Shown: positions 9,996-19,473, counted from the first letter of the stretch. The stretch: 64,000 nt of DNA from an uncultured Desulfospira sp. (GCA_963663165.1 OY760175.1:5952001-6016000), one strand, 5' to 3'. The notes: generated from the sequence alone by a model not told the origin. A program made the numbers and translations.

Positions 9996-11732
9996 TTAAG
10001 GACATGCACACCCACCGCAAGTGCATTGGATTATCAGTTTCCTGGCGTCTCTTACGGTAATTTTTCCATCTGCGTCCATATCGCATTCAGGACAGGCATC
10101 GGCCGATGCCCTCAGATATTGCCTGAGGATTTGAATATCACTTTTATCCACGGTCCCGTCATCATTCAGATCCCCCTTTAGGGGTGCCATATCGACAACC
10201 GCGAATTTTCCATCATGATCCAGGACAGCCCAGACTGTGTTAGCGGCTGTATCAACGCCATATGAACCCAGGCCGTAACCGGATTCCCAGGGCCCCTGGA
10301 CCAGGCCGGGAGTGCTTTGGGATGCATTGGCGGCCACCGCCCGTTCCCAGGTATTGCCGTTAAATCCTGCCAGCCGGAGCCCGGATTCGTCATCCATCAG
10401 GGTGTCGTCATAGGAGACTTGAAGCACAAAGGTGTCGGTGGGCGTATCCGGGCTGTCTGACATCCCGTTAAGGACAAGGATATCCCCGGCAGGGGTACGG
10501 CCGCTTTCGGCGTCCTCTATAGCGCCGGCGGTCTGCCATCCAAAAGAAACCAGATTGCCCATCTGGCTGGTAACCGGCGTGATTCCTTCATCCGGATCCG
10601 TGGTGACTTCTTCATAGGTTGTATTTGTTCCCTCCAGAATGACCGCTTGGGTTCCGGCAAACCCGTCACCCTCCTGGATTTCACTTCCAAGCTGTGCATA
10701 GGAGCCATTGGCCTGTACCGCATACTGGCTGCCGTTGGTCGAATAAACTGTCCGGTCGACAATGGTCCATTCCGGGGTCCAGACCTCGTTGGGATCCTGG
10801 GGATCGGGATGGGCAGAGGAATAGTGTTCGATGGTGACAAAAGATCCGTCAACGGTTACGATGGTGTAACCAACCTGGTCGTTGATCTGCTTGAAACCAA
10901 CTTCATCGCCGGTGTTGATTTCATATTCAAACCGGTAATATTTTTCAGCGTTGGAGCCGGTGATCAAATGCTGGAGCAAAAAATTTTCGTCTTTAATCGC
11001 CGCAGACCGGCTGTACTGGTGGTCATGGCCGGAAAAATATGCTTCGGCACCGTTGGCTGCCATGCCTTCTATCAGTATCATCCGGTAGGCCGTGGCGTCC
11101 AGAACCCCTTCTCTTGCACGGCCAAAAAGGGGTTCATGGGCAAAGACAAACATGTGATCATTGTCCCCAATTTCAATGGAGAGTATCCAGTTCATCAGGG
11201 CACTGGGGGCGGCACCGTATAAATCTATGGCTACAAATCGGACGTTGTTATAATCAAAGATATAGGAAGCCCCGGGGCCGCGCTGCACGATGGGGTTGTA
11301 TTCACTGCTGCCAGGATCAAGATAGGGGAATTTGCTGTCCCAGATGTCGGTCAGCGCGATGTCTACGTCACCATAAAGGGGATCAGCAATTTGAGTCTCT
11401 TCCTCTGATCCGTCATCATGATTTCCCCTGATGGGGAATACGTCAATTCCGGCATCGTATAGCGGGGCGGCTGTCGTAAGCCACTGGTCGAATTCAGTTG
11501 AACCGCCCTTGTCGGTTAAATCCCCGACATGCATCATCATGTCCACCTGATGAACATTGACCATTCTGTCCACCACAGGCCCCATCAACCGGACCGAAAC
11601 CCCGTTCAGGCTCACGCCTGCGGCCCCGCCTGACTGGGTATCCGCCATAATGCCAAACCGCCATTGGGCACCGGCCTGGGCCGGAAACCACAATCCAAAG
11701 ATACACATAAAAACAATGAACAATTTTTTCAT
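9996..11732 (-). CDS. Secreted calcineurin-like metallophosphoesterase with C-terminal dockerin
   Basis: Signal peptide; ADTQ, GDL, GNHD, AHEP, GHDH motifs; C-terminal GDLNDDGTVDKSD...DMDADGKITVRDAR (duplicated Ca-binding loop-helix). Confidence 0.85.
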   Translation of the reverse strand: MKKLFIVFMCIFGLWFPAQAGAQWRFGIMADTQSGGAAGVSLNGVSVRLMGPVVDRMVNVHQVDMMMHVGDLTDKGGSTEFDQWLTTAAPLYDAGIDVFPIRGNHDDGSEEETQIADPLYGDVDIALTDIWDSKFPYLDPGSSEYNPIVQRGPGASYIFDYNNVRFVAIDLYGAAPSALMNWILSIEIGDNDHMFVFAHEPLFGRAREGVLDATAYRMILIEGMAANGAEAYFSGHDHQYSRSAAIKDENFLLQHLITGSNAEKYYRFEYEINTGDEVGFKQINDQVGYTIVTVDGSFVTIEHYSSAHPDPQDPNEVWTPEWTIVDRTVYSTNGSQYAVQANGSYAQLGSEIQEGDGFAGTQAVILEGTNTTYEEVTTDPDEGITPVTSQMGNLVSFGWQTAGAIEDAESGRTPAGDILVLNGMSDSPDTPTDTFVLQVSYDDTLMDDESGLRLAGFNGNTWERAVAANASQSTPGLVQGPWESGYGLGSYGVDTAANTVWAVLDHDGKFAVVDMAPLKGDLNDDGTVDKSDIQILRQYLRASADACPECDMDADGKITVRDARKLIIQCTCGGCACP

Positions 11733-11789
11733 TTGTCCCTCCTCAATTTAATATTAATATTTTCGTTTAAAATTGAATAATCGATATGC

Positions 11790-11817
11790 GTTAGTCCCGA
11801 ATTAGAAAATCATTAAA
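11790..11817 (-). promoter_or_regulatory. 11-bp-periodic direct-repeat box (PhoB/OmpR-type candidate)
   Basis: Minus strand tttaat-N5-tctaat-N5-actaac; a 20-bp stretch is 19/20 identical to 19849-19868. Confidence 0.6.
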
Positions 11818-11968
11818 AGAATGATATAACGGACAATGGAGGATGCTTTGAGGGATCACATATTTTCGGTGCGCCTGTCTGTAAGAACAGATGGCTCAAC
11901 ACGGGGGAAACCATCAGGTTCTCCAAAGGAAATTTTATTTTTAAAACAACTCATATTCCTTACATCAA

Positions 11969-12007
11969 TCTAGTATTTTTCTATCTGGATTCAAATTAAT
12001 TTCTAAC
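11969..12007 (+). promoter_or_regulatory. 11-bp-periodic direct-repeat box (PhoB/OmpR-type candidate)
   Basis: tctagt-N5-tctatc-N5-tcaaat-N5-tctaac upstream of 12291. Confidence 0.5.
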
Positions 12008-12290
12008 CGCCGACATATACATTTTTACCTGATCATCTTTAATTTGAAGACAGCAGCCATTAAGATACCGATATTATTGGTTCGAAACCGGGAACGGATT
12101 AATATCCACTTCCTTAACCTGCCATGAAAGCCATAATGTATTCTGCATTAAGCTTTTGTTATAAAACAAAATATTTTAATAAAGGGGGTGGTATTCCACA
12201 TTTATATTAACCAAATCCTTCCCAAAGTCCGGGAAGTTGTTTTTAAACCGTTCAAGTTTATATTTTTATTTATTCTAAGGAGAGTTTATC

Positions 12291-12812
12291 ATGAAAAAAT
12301 TTAAGATTGTCCATGTATTACTGTTTGTATTCCTTATGGGTTTGATTTCCTCAACTTCCGCATCTGCAGCAAGTATTTCTTACTCGTTTACCGATCTGGG
12401 AGACCAGCAATGGCAGATTGACTATCAGCTGACGGATTTTAATTCAGATGTCTATGACGGGGTTACCATTTATTTTGATTACAGCCTCTATGGGTCCATT
12501 GGTCTGACCAGCTATGACGAAGAGGCCTGGGATATTTTGGTTGTTCAGTCGGAGGAGGATATCCTGGGTGTCAGCGACGATGGATACGTTGATGTGCAAC
12601 CACTGAACCATGGCGGTATACTGACCGGAACCTTTTCCGTTACGGTAACCCTGCTCTCAGATGAACAACCCGGTTCCCAGGGATTTGAATTGTATAACGA
12701 AAACAACTGGGATGAGGTTGCCACCGGCACAACCTCTCCGGTGCCTGTCCCCGGTGCCCTGAGCCTTTTGATGGCCGGTCTTTGCGTCCTGGCCATGGGC
12801 AAAAGAAACTAA
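12291..12812 (+). CDS. PEP-CTERM/VPLPA-CTERM surface protein of unknown function
   Basis: Signal peptide, acidic beta-rich body, C-terminal VPVPGALSLLMAGLCVLAMGKRN (motif + TM helix + basic tail). Confidence 0.85.
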   Translation: MKKFKIVHVLLFVFLMGLISSTSASAASISYSFTDLGDQQWQIDYQLTDFNSDVYDGVTIYFDYSLYGSIGLTSYDEEAWDILVVQSEEDILGVSDDGYVDVQPLNHGGILTGTFSVTVTLLSDEQPGSQGFELYNENNWDEVATGTTSPVPVPGALSLLMAGLCVLAMGKRN

Positions 12813-12836
12813 TTCACAATTTTAAGGAGAAACATC

Positions 12837-14996
12837 ATGAAAAAAAATATTGTTTATCTTCTGATTGTCCTTTTGAGCTTAACGTTTGGGGCCTCCATTG
12901 CCGCTGCGGATTTTTCCATTGAAAATTATACCCTGCAGAGCAAAAAACGGGTAAGCCGGACCGAATTTCTTTATACCTTTAAAGCAGATATTGTCAATTC
13001 CGGAGAAAACGCTGGCGGCGTAACCGCCACCCTTTCCAGCAGCGTTTCGAGCACCGTTGTTGTAGACGGCGAACTGGCCTTTGGCGATATTCAGGGCGGC
13101 CAGACCGCACAAAGCGAAGATACCTTCAGCATTCGCCAGAACCGCAGGGTTGCCTTTGATGCGTCCGCCCTTGCCTGGACATTTAATCAGACCAGCGACC
13201 ATATCCCGGTTGTGGTTAAACTCATCCACACCAACGACCATCATTCTCATCTGGACAGCTCCACCTATGAACTGACCCTTAACGGCACCGCCACCCAGGT
13301 GGAAATGGGCGGGTTTGCAAGCCTTGCCACCATTATCCAGGAAGAACGCAATGACAACAGCATCGTGGTCAACAACGGTGAACTTAACGGTACCCTGTAT
13401 TTTTCTCTTTTCAAGGGAGTTCCCGACTTCGAGGTGTTTAATCTGCTTGGCCTTGACGGATATGCTTTGGGCAACCACGAATTTGATGAAGGGGATGAGG
13501 GCCTGGCCGATTTGATCAAGATTGCCAACTTCCCCATTCTTTCCGCCAACATCGCCCCCCAGGAAGAAAGCCCCCTTTATGAAGTCAAAGACCGGATTCT
13601 GCCCTATGTCATCAAGGAAATTGACGGGGAACAGGTCGGTGTGATCGGCCTGCTCAAGGTCGAAAAGACCAAAAACTCCTCTCTTGTTTCCGATTATGTC
13701 ACCTTTACCGATGAAATTGAAGCGGCCAACAATGCGGTTGCCGAACTGCAGGCACAGGGAATCAACAAGATCATCATGGTTTCCCATGTGGGATATTACA
13801 ATGACATCCTTCTTGCCAAAAACATCCCCGGCCTTGACGTGATCGTGGGCGGTGACACCCACTCGCTTTTGGGGGATCAGACCGACCTTGAGGCCATCGG
13901 CCTGAGCCAGGATTATGATGGCCAGACCGGCCCCTTTGACGGGTATACCCATGACGGCATTGAAGAAGAAGAAACCCTGGGCGAATACCCCACCACCGTC
14001 ACCGGTGCTGACGGGAACCCTGTTCACGTGGTCCAGGCCTGGTGCTATGCCTATGGCGTTGGAATCCTGAACATTGAGTTTGATGCCGATGGTGCTGCCA
14101 CTGCTGCCCAGGGCAACATCCACATCCCTGTGGCAGGCCCCTTTCTCCAGAAAGATGAAGAATCCAACAGCATGGTGGAAGTTTCCGATGAGGTCAATAC
14201 CCAGTTGCTGGCCGCCATTGCTGCGTCCCCCATCCTGACCGAGGGTGAGGTGGACTCACAAGTGGATGCCCTTTTGGCCCCCTACCGCGTGGATATGGAA
14301 GAGTCCATGAATACGGTGATCGGTTACATTTCCGTAACCATGCCTTATACCAGAATCCCCACGGCATTTGCCCAGGGTGAAACCCCCACGGGCAGTTATG
14401 CTGCCCAGGTGGTCAGCAATGCTTTTAAAAGCACCAACCCCGGAATTGACTTTGCCATTCAGAATGCCGGCGGTGTGAGAACCCAGCTTCTTCAAGGCGA
14501 ATTTACGGTTGCCGAAGCCCTGGAGTGCCTGCCCTTTTCCAACACCGTTGTCACCATCGAAATGACCGGTGCTGAAATCCGCCAGGTCCTCAATGAAGCG
14601 GCCTGGTATTCTCTGACCTCCGGTTCCACCGGTTCATTTCCCTATTCATCCGGGCTGCGGTACGATGTAAATATAAGCAATGCAGATGCCGATAAGACCG
14701 CAGAAGAGTGCGGGGTCATCTACAACATTGAAATGCTGGATGAAGAAACCGGCACCTGGGTTGCGCTGGATGAAACCCAAAGCTATACCGTTGCCACCAA
14801 TTCATTTACAGCCCTGGGCAAGGACAATTACCTGACCTTTAAAACGGTTCGGGATGCTGACCCCACAAAGTTTGAAGATACTTATATCAACTACTACCTG
14901 CCCCTTAAAGAGTACATTGAGGAGCTGCCCAACCAGACACTGCCCGCACTTGATAAAGACTCATACTGCCTGAAGTCCGTCATCGATGAAGACTAA
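12837..14996 (+). CDS. Secreted 5'-nucleotidase (UshA/NadN-like) with an extra N-terminal domain of about 95 aa
   Basis: HTNDHHSH, LGNHEFD, SHVG, GGDTH, QNAGGVR, LPFSN, 5'-nucleotidase C-terminal domain; signal peptide. Confidence 0.9.
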   Translation: MKKNIVYLLIVLLSLTFGASIAAADFSIENYTLQSKKRVSRTEFLYTFKADIVNSGENAGGVTATLSSSVSSTVVVDGELAFGDIQGGQTAQSEDTFSIRQNRRVAFDASALAWTFNQTSDHIPVVVKLIHTNDHHSHLDSSTYELTLNGTATQVEMGGFASLATIIQEERNDNSIVVNNGELNGTLYFSLFKGVPDFEVFNLLGLDGYALGNHEFDEGDEGLADLIKIANFPILSANIAPQEESPLYEVKDRILPYVIKEIDGEQVGVIGLLKVEKTKNSSLVSDYVTFTDEIEAANNAVAELQAQGINKIIMVSHVGYYNDILLAKNIPGLDVIVGGDTHSLLGDQTDLEAIGLSQDYDGQTGPFDGYTHDGIEEEETLGEYPTTVTGADGNPVHVVQAWCYAYGVGILNIEFDADGAATAAQGNIHIPVAGPFLQKDEESNSMVEVSDEVNTQLLAAIAASPILTEGEVDSQVDALLAPYRVDMEESMNTVIGYISVTMPYTRIPTAFAQGETPTGSYAAQVVSNAFKSTNPGIDFAIQNAGGVRTQLLQGEFTVAEALECLPFSNTVVTIEMTGAEIRQVLNEAAWYSLTSGSTGSFPYSSGLRYDVNISNADADKTAEECGVIYNIEMLDEETGTWVALDETQSYTVATNSFTALGKDNYLTFKTVRDADPTKFEDTYINYYLPLKEYIEELPNQTLPALDKDSYCLKSVIDED

Positions 14997-15031
14997 GGGT
15001 ACTTGAAAGAAAAAGTCTTTAATTTTTAATT

Positions 15032-15080
15032 AGCAAAGGAGCAGGGGGGACATTGTCCTTTCTGCTCCTTTGCTTTTTTT
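15032..15080 (+). terminator. Intrinsic terminator of the nucleotidase gene
   Basis: agcaaaggagcag...ctgctcctttgct followed by a T-run. Confidence 0.8.
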
Positions 15081-15087
15081 CCTTAAC

Positions 15088-15154
15088 AAGTGGTGTCAAC
15101 CCTTTATTATTGTATCATAATCGGTATTCCAATAATCACGGGTTGACACCACTT
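15088..15154. repeat. Long hairpin (15-bp perfect stem), REP-like
   Basis: aagtggtgtcaaccc ... gggttgacaccactt, with inner attattg/caataat pairing. Confidence 0.7.
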
Positions 15155-15179
15155 TCCCCTATCTTTATGCCACTCGGCT

Positions 15180-15214
15180 TAAAAAAAATATCCCGGGCCA
15201 GACGGCCCGGGATA
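15180..15214 (-). terminator. Intrinsic terminator of the cohesin gene
   Basis: tatcccgggcc-agac-ggcccgggata preceded by an A-run on + (a U-run on -). Confidence 0.75.
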
Positions 15215-15252
15215 AGGAATCCATTAAATTTTCGGAATCGGGAATTTAAAGC

Positions 15253-15774
15253 TTAGGCGTCTTTTCTGGCCAGTCCGGCCAGGCCCAGCATACCCAAACC
15301 CAGAAGAACAATAGCCGAAGGAACAGGAACCGCTTCTACACTCAGGTCTTGATGATCAATGCTGAAGGCAGCGGTCCCGTTATCAATGGCGGTAAAAGAC
15401 AAGGTTGCCAGGGTAAAGGAATCTGGCTGGGATGCCAGCAGCTCGGAAGCGGACAGGTAGGATATCACACAAAGATTGACAAGGCCGTCCACGTATTCTC
15501 CTTCACTATAGTCATCGGCTTCAAAATCATCAATGCTTCCAAGCCAGTCAGAAAGCGTGTAATCGCCAAATGCAAGAACGCCGGAATCAAAGGCAACATC
15601 AATGTCAAAACCCCCCAGGATGGTGGTGCCGTCAAGCCCTGAGATAACCAGGTCCAGCGTAATTACATCGTCTGTAGAAACGGTTGCAGAATCAATGGAA
15701 AGAGACAAAGTGGCGGCCTGGGCGGAAACCGCTAAAACCAGGAAAGCAATGGTGGTTAACATAAATTTTTTCAT
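15253..15774 (-). CDS. Cohesin-like domain protein with PEP-CTERM/VPLPA-CTERM anchor
   Basis: Signal peptide; cohesin-like strands ITLDLVISG...LGGFDIDVAFDSGVLAF...FTLATLSFTAI..GTA; tail VPVPSAIVLLGLGMLGLAGLARKDA. Confidence 0.8.
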   Translation of the reverse strand: MKKFMLTTIAFLVLAVSAQAATLSLSIDSATVSTDDVITLDLVISGLDGTTILGGFDIDVAFDSGVLAFGDYTLSDWLGSIDDFEADDYSEGEYVDGLVNLCVISYLSASELLASQPDSFTLATLSFTAIDNGTAAFSIDHQDLSVEAVPVPSAIVLLGLGMLGLAGLARKDA

Positions 15775-15905
15775 GGGACTTCTCCTTTTTTAATTTTTTT
15801 TCATGGGTCCTCTCTTCATCACTTGAAGAGTGAATTTTACAGTTTATAATATCCGGGCTTTATGATCCCCGTAATAGCCGAATGTTATAATTTGGTTTGA
15901 TTTGT

Positions 15906-15937
15906 ATTCAAGGTCCCGGATGGCCGGGACCTTGAAT
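15906..15937 (-). terminator. Hairpin between the large phosphoesterase and cohesin genes
   Basis: attcaaggtcccgg-atgg-ccgggaccttgaat, perfect 14-bp stem. Confidence 0.6.
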
Positions 15938-15973
15938 TTTCAATGGGTTATCTTAACCGTTCCGGTGCGGCTG

Positions 15974-18900
15974 TTAATCCAGCTGAAACTGGTCCATGAT
16001 ATAGACATCAGTATCCGGATCATCCGTATCATAGGCATAGGTGGTCACCGTACCGTCTTCCGTGTTCAAAATGGTGAAGGCCGTTACCGTGTTGCTTGAA
16101 AGATAGGGCAGGTAACCCAGCGCATCTTCCTGGGGTGCAACATTGGGCGTAATCGGTTCAAGGCCGTAAGGGTCATCATACGCATCATAATCATCGGCAT
16201 TCCAAGGAGAACCCGGTGTCCCGGAACGGGAAGACCGGCCGGTAACGTAAGAACCATAGGAATTTCCAACATTGGAGGTTTCCAGGTAGTTCACGCCGGT
16301 AGCGCCCTTGAAGCGGTTCCAGACATGGTCATGGCCATTAAATACCAGGTCCACCCCGGCCTCTTCGAGCAGGGGCTCGATATCCCGGATCAGGTGGCTG
16401 CCGCTTTTGGGGTACTCATACCGGATGCTGGTGATATTGCCGTCATCATCGGTTTCCACTGTCCGCACAGGGTCTGTAAATGCGGGAACAATATTGTCTC
16501 CCAGGCTGTGCAGGGGATGATGAAGCATCACAATCGTATATTTGGCCGCCTTGAATTCATCACTGGCCAGTTCATTTTTAAGCCATTCATACTGATCGGA
16601 ACCTTCTTTGATGGGCTCAAAAATGTGGCGGCCCCAGCCTTGTTCCATCTGATCATCATAGTTGGAAGATGACTCGACATAGGTGCTGGTACCGGTGGCA
16701 ACCGTGCTTTTCCCCCGCCAGATACGAGTGACATACAATGAAATCAACCGTACATCCCCAAAGGTAACCGCGTAATATTTTTCATTGCCTTTGTCGTTTT
16801 CAGGCAGGGTGAAGATCTCCTGGTAGGTATCGGTATTAAAGGTATTGTCTTTTATCCACGCTTCCTTAACGGCTTCACTGCCGGAGGGGTTCACTGTGTC
16901 CGCCACGGTTTCATAAGCTGCTTGCGCCACTGCCACAGGTTTGGGGTCGTTGAACTGGGTGCTTAAGCTATTGCCGTTTTTGACCCGGCCCATGACTTCA
17001 TGGTTTCCGATTACAGGATAAATCGGGGCATTCTGAATGATCTTGCCGCCTTTATAGGTGGTGGTGAATCCGTTGGATTCCAGGGTCCGGGCCGCGGTTC
17101 CCTGAAGACCCGGGAAAAATGCGCCGCCCACAGTGTTGTCAAACCACTCTGACGCCCGGTCAGGGACGTTGACCAGGTCACCGGCAAAAAATACCGCATC
17201 CACGGTACCAAACATCTCTTCTACTTTCTGCATGTTGGCTGGGGTCATGGGTTTGGACTGATGATCAGAGGTCAGAAGGATCAGGTTGGATGTGCCGGTT
17301 GCCGGTTTGGGGGTCATGGTGTACCCGTCACTGACAATCATGGCACCGCAGTCATTAAAACTAATGACCGCATAGGGAACACGCACGCCTTGTACAAGCC
17401 CTGCGGCGACAGCTTCATGCCGCCAGATTTGCCGGTCCGTCACATCGGTATAGGTCTTATCCGGCACGCTGGAGCTTGCATCCTCCCGGGTCCGGCTCAG
17501 CGCCATGGTCTGGGCACTGGCAATCTGAATATCGGCATGGTCCGCAGCAAACGCCTGAATATCAGACCAGTCCAGATCCTCTTGAACCAAAAGCGCCTCT
17601 AAGCCGTTTCCGTAAATCAGGGCATGATCGTCACCCTCATATTCCGTAAACCAGACAACATTAACGGAATTTTCAGAAGGGAGCTGCAAAAAGGGCTGTG
17701 TCAGCAGTTCAGCATTTTCACAGCACTTTTTCAGAGTACAGTTTGTAACCACAATTCTGGCATCCCGGGTATTAATTTTGCCATCCCCATTCAGGTCATA
17801 AAGGGGATAATCTTCTGCAGACTGGCGCAGGTACTGGCGAATGAGGGCCACATCATCACAATCCGTGTCCCCGTCGTCATCCAGATCCGTTACACTGCGG
17901 GTCAGGACGGTTACATCATCATAGGTTCTTCTCTCATACATGGGCAGGCCATTTTCATCCCGCCGTACATCCCCGTTTTCGTCCATAAGGGGAAACACAT
18001 AGACCGGGGTGAGTTGGGCCTGCCATTCGCCATTTTCCAGGTGAACGTTGACTTCCAGGTGACCGTAATGTTTTCCACCGTCAACCAGCTGGCTGCCGGA
18101 CCAGGTTTCAGGGGCGTTCAGATGGGCCAGAAACACCTGGTGATCATTGTTGCTGGGCAGGTCATATAATCCATCTTCGCCCATGTAAGGTCCGCGCAGG
18201 CCGTCGCCGCCAATGCCCACATCGAAAAAGTGGATGCCCTCCACCAGGGAATGTTCATACATCTCGTCGTGGCCATTAAACACGGCATCCACGCCATAGG
18301 TTTTAAACAAAGCGGTCAGTGTCCGCATGGGCACGCCGGACTGGGTATCCTCTCCGCCGCTCTGGCCGGCACTGCCGGCTTTAAATCCGTGGGGGCCTAC
18401 AGAGTAGGGGGAGTGGTGGAACTGGACAAAGATAAAGCGGCTGGTCTCTTTGGCGTCTGCCAGCTGGGCCTCAAGCCAGGTGTACTGGTCGGAACCGGGG
18501 TTGAAGTCCGGGGCCTCGCCCTCGCCCCAGGCTTCGTTATCCTCTGAAGACTCACCTTGGCCCAGCAGGTACCAGTTGGTGTCCTGTCCGGTTTTGTTGG
18601 GGCTGCCGTTGCTGGAATCAATGGTAATATAGGTGATGGGGCCGTAATCTACACGGTAGTAACGTCCCTGGAGTTCTGCCTTGCCGGAGCTGTTGTCCGG
18701 GGTTGAAAAATAGGTGCGGTACCGGGCCATGGCCTCTTTGGCCAGGGGCGTGGTGTAGGAACCGCCGCCACCGTCGCCGCCGGCATGGTTCTCATGATTT
18801 CCCACGGCAGGCAGGATGGGCACATGTCCTGCAATGTCATTGTAAGAACCGGCATTATGGCGCCAGAATTCGTCCCAGTCCCGCTGCTCGTTGCCGGCTT

Positions 18901-19473
18901 CCACAATGTCACCGGCAATGGCAATGAAATCAGGGTTTCTGTCTTCCATGGTCTGGATATTGATCTTATACCCGTCGGTCTGGTCCAGCCAGTACTGGCG
19001 GTCGTAATCTCCGTAAGGCTCGGAGCAGCGCCGGGTTTTACCGGTGGATTCGGGTTCGGTTTCCGAATCGGCATATACTATGAACCGGACATCTCCGTCT
19101 GCCAACGGTGCGGTTTTCATGGTGCTGCTGTAGGTTGAGTCCCCCTGGGTCACCGTATAGGTGTAGGTGGTTCCGGCGCTCAGCCCTTCAACAACAACCC
19201 GGTGCAGGTACGGGGCACCCGGATCAGTACCGCCATAATATTTGTAATCTCAGTGGAATAATAGGCCAGATCCGAAGCCAGTACCGGGGCGCTGGAAAAG
19301 GTTCCCACCCCCTGAACGGTGATTGACCCGGCCTGGCTGGATTCAGACAGCCAGGTTACGGTCATGGCATCTGTCTTGGGATTCTGAAGATAGGGGGTGA
19401 CCCGGAAATCTTCAGCCCAGCAGACAGAGGCGGTGATTAAGGCGACAATAAGAACAACAAAAAGCTTTCTCAT
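15974..19473 (-). CDS. Large secreted double purple-acid-phosphatase-like metallophosphoesterase with central dockerin; frameshifted at about 19242 (pseudogene or sequencing error)
   Basis: ORF 19180-19473 supplies the signal peptide and PYLQNP. A one-base shift joins it to YYGGTDPGAPYLHRVVVEGL and ORF 15974-19153. Two catalytic motif sets (ADSE/GDI/GNHE/HH/GHDE and SDHQ/GDL/GNHE/HHP/GHDH) flank DLDDDGDTDCDD...DLNGDGKINTRDAR. Confidence 0.85.

Noticed and set aside
12879..14123. 414-aa antisense ORF (likewise 49113-50099, 41808-42689, 53180-53980)
   Set aside because: Shadow ORFs opposite well-supported genes, with no recognisable motifs.
15764..15814. Duplicated translation-start region giving a MKKN mini-ORF before the cohesin gene
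   Set aside because: Visible, but short and AT-rich; no evidence of regulatory function.
9996..19473. A true cellulosome or polysaccharide-degradation locus
   Set aside because: No glycoside hydrolase or CBM was recognised, there is only one cohesin, and all catalytic domains are phosphoesterases.
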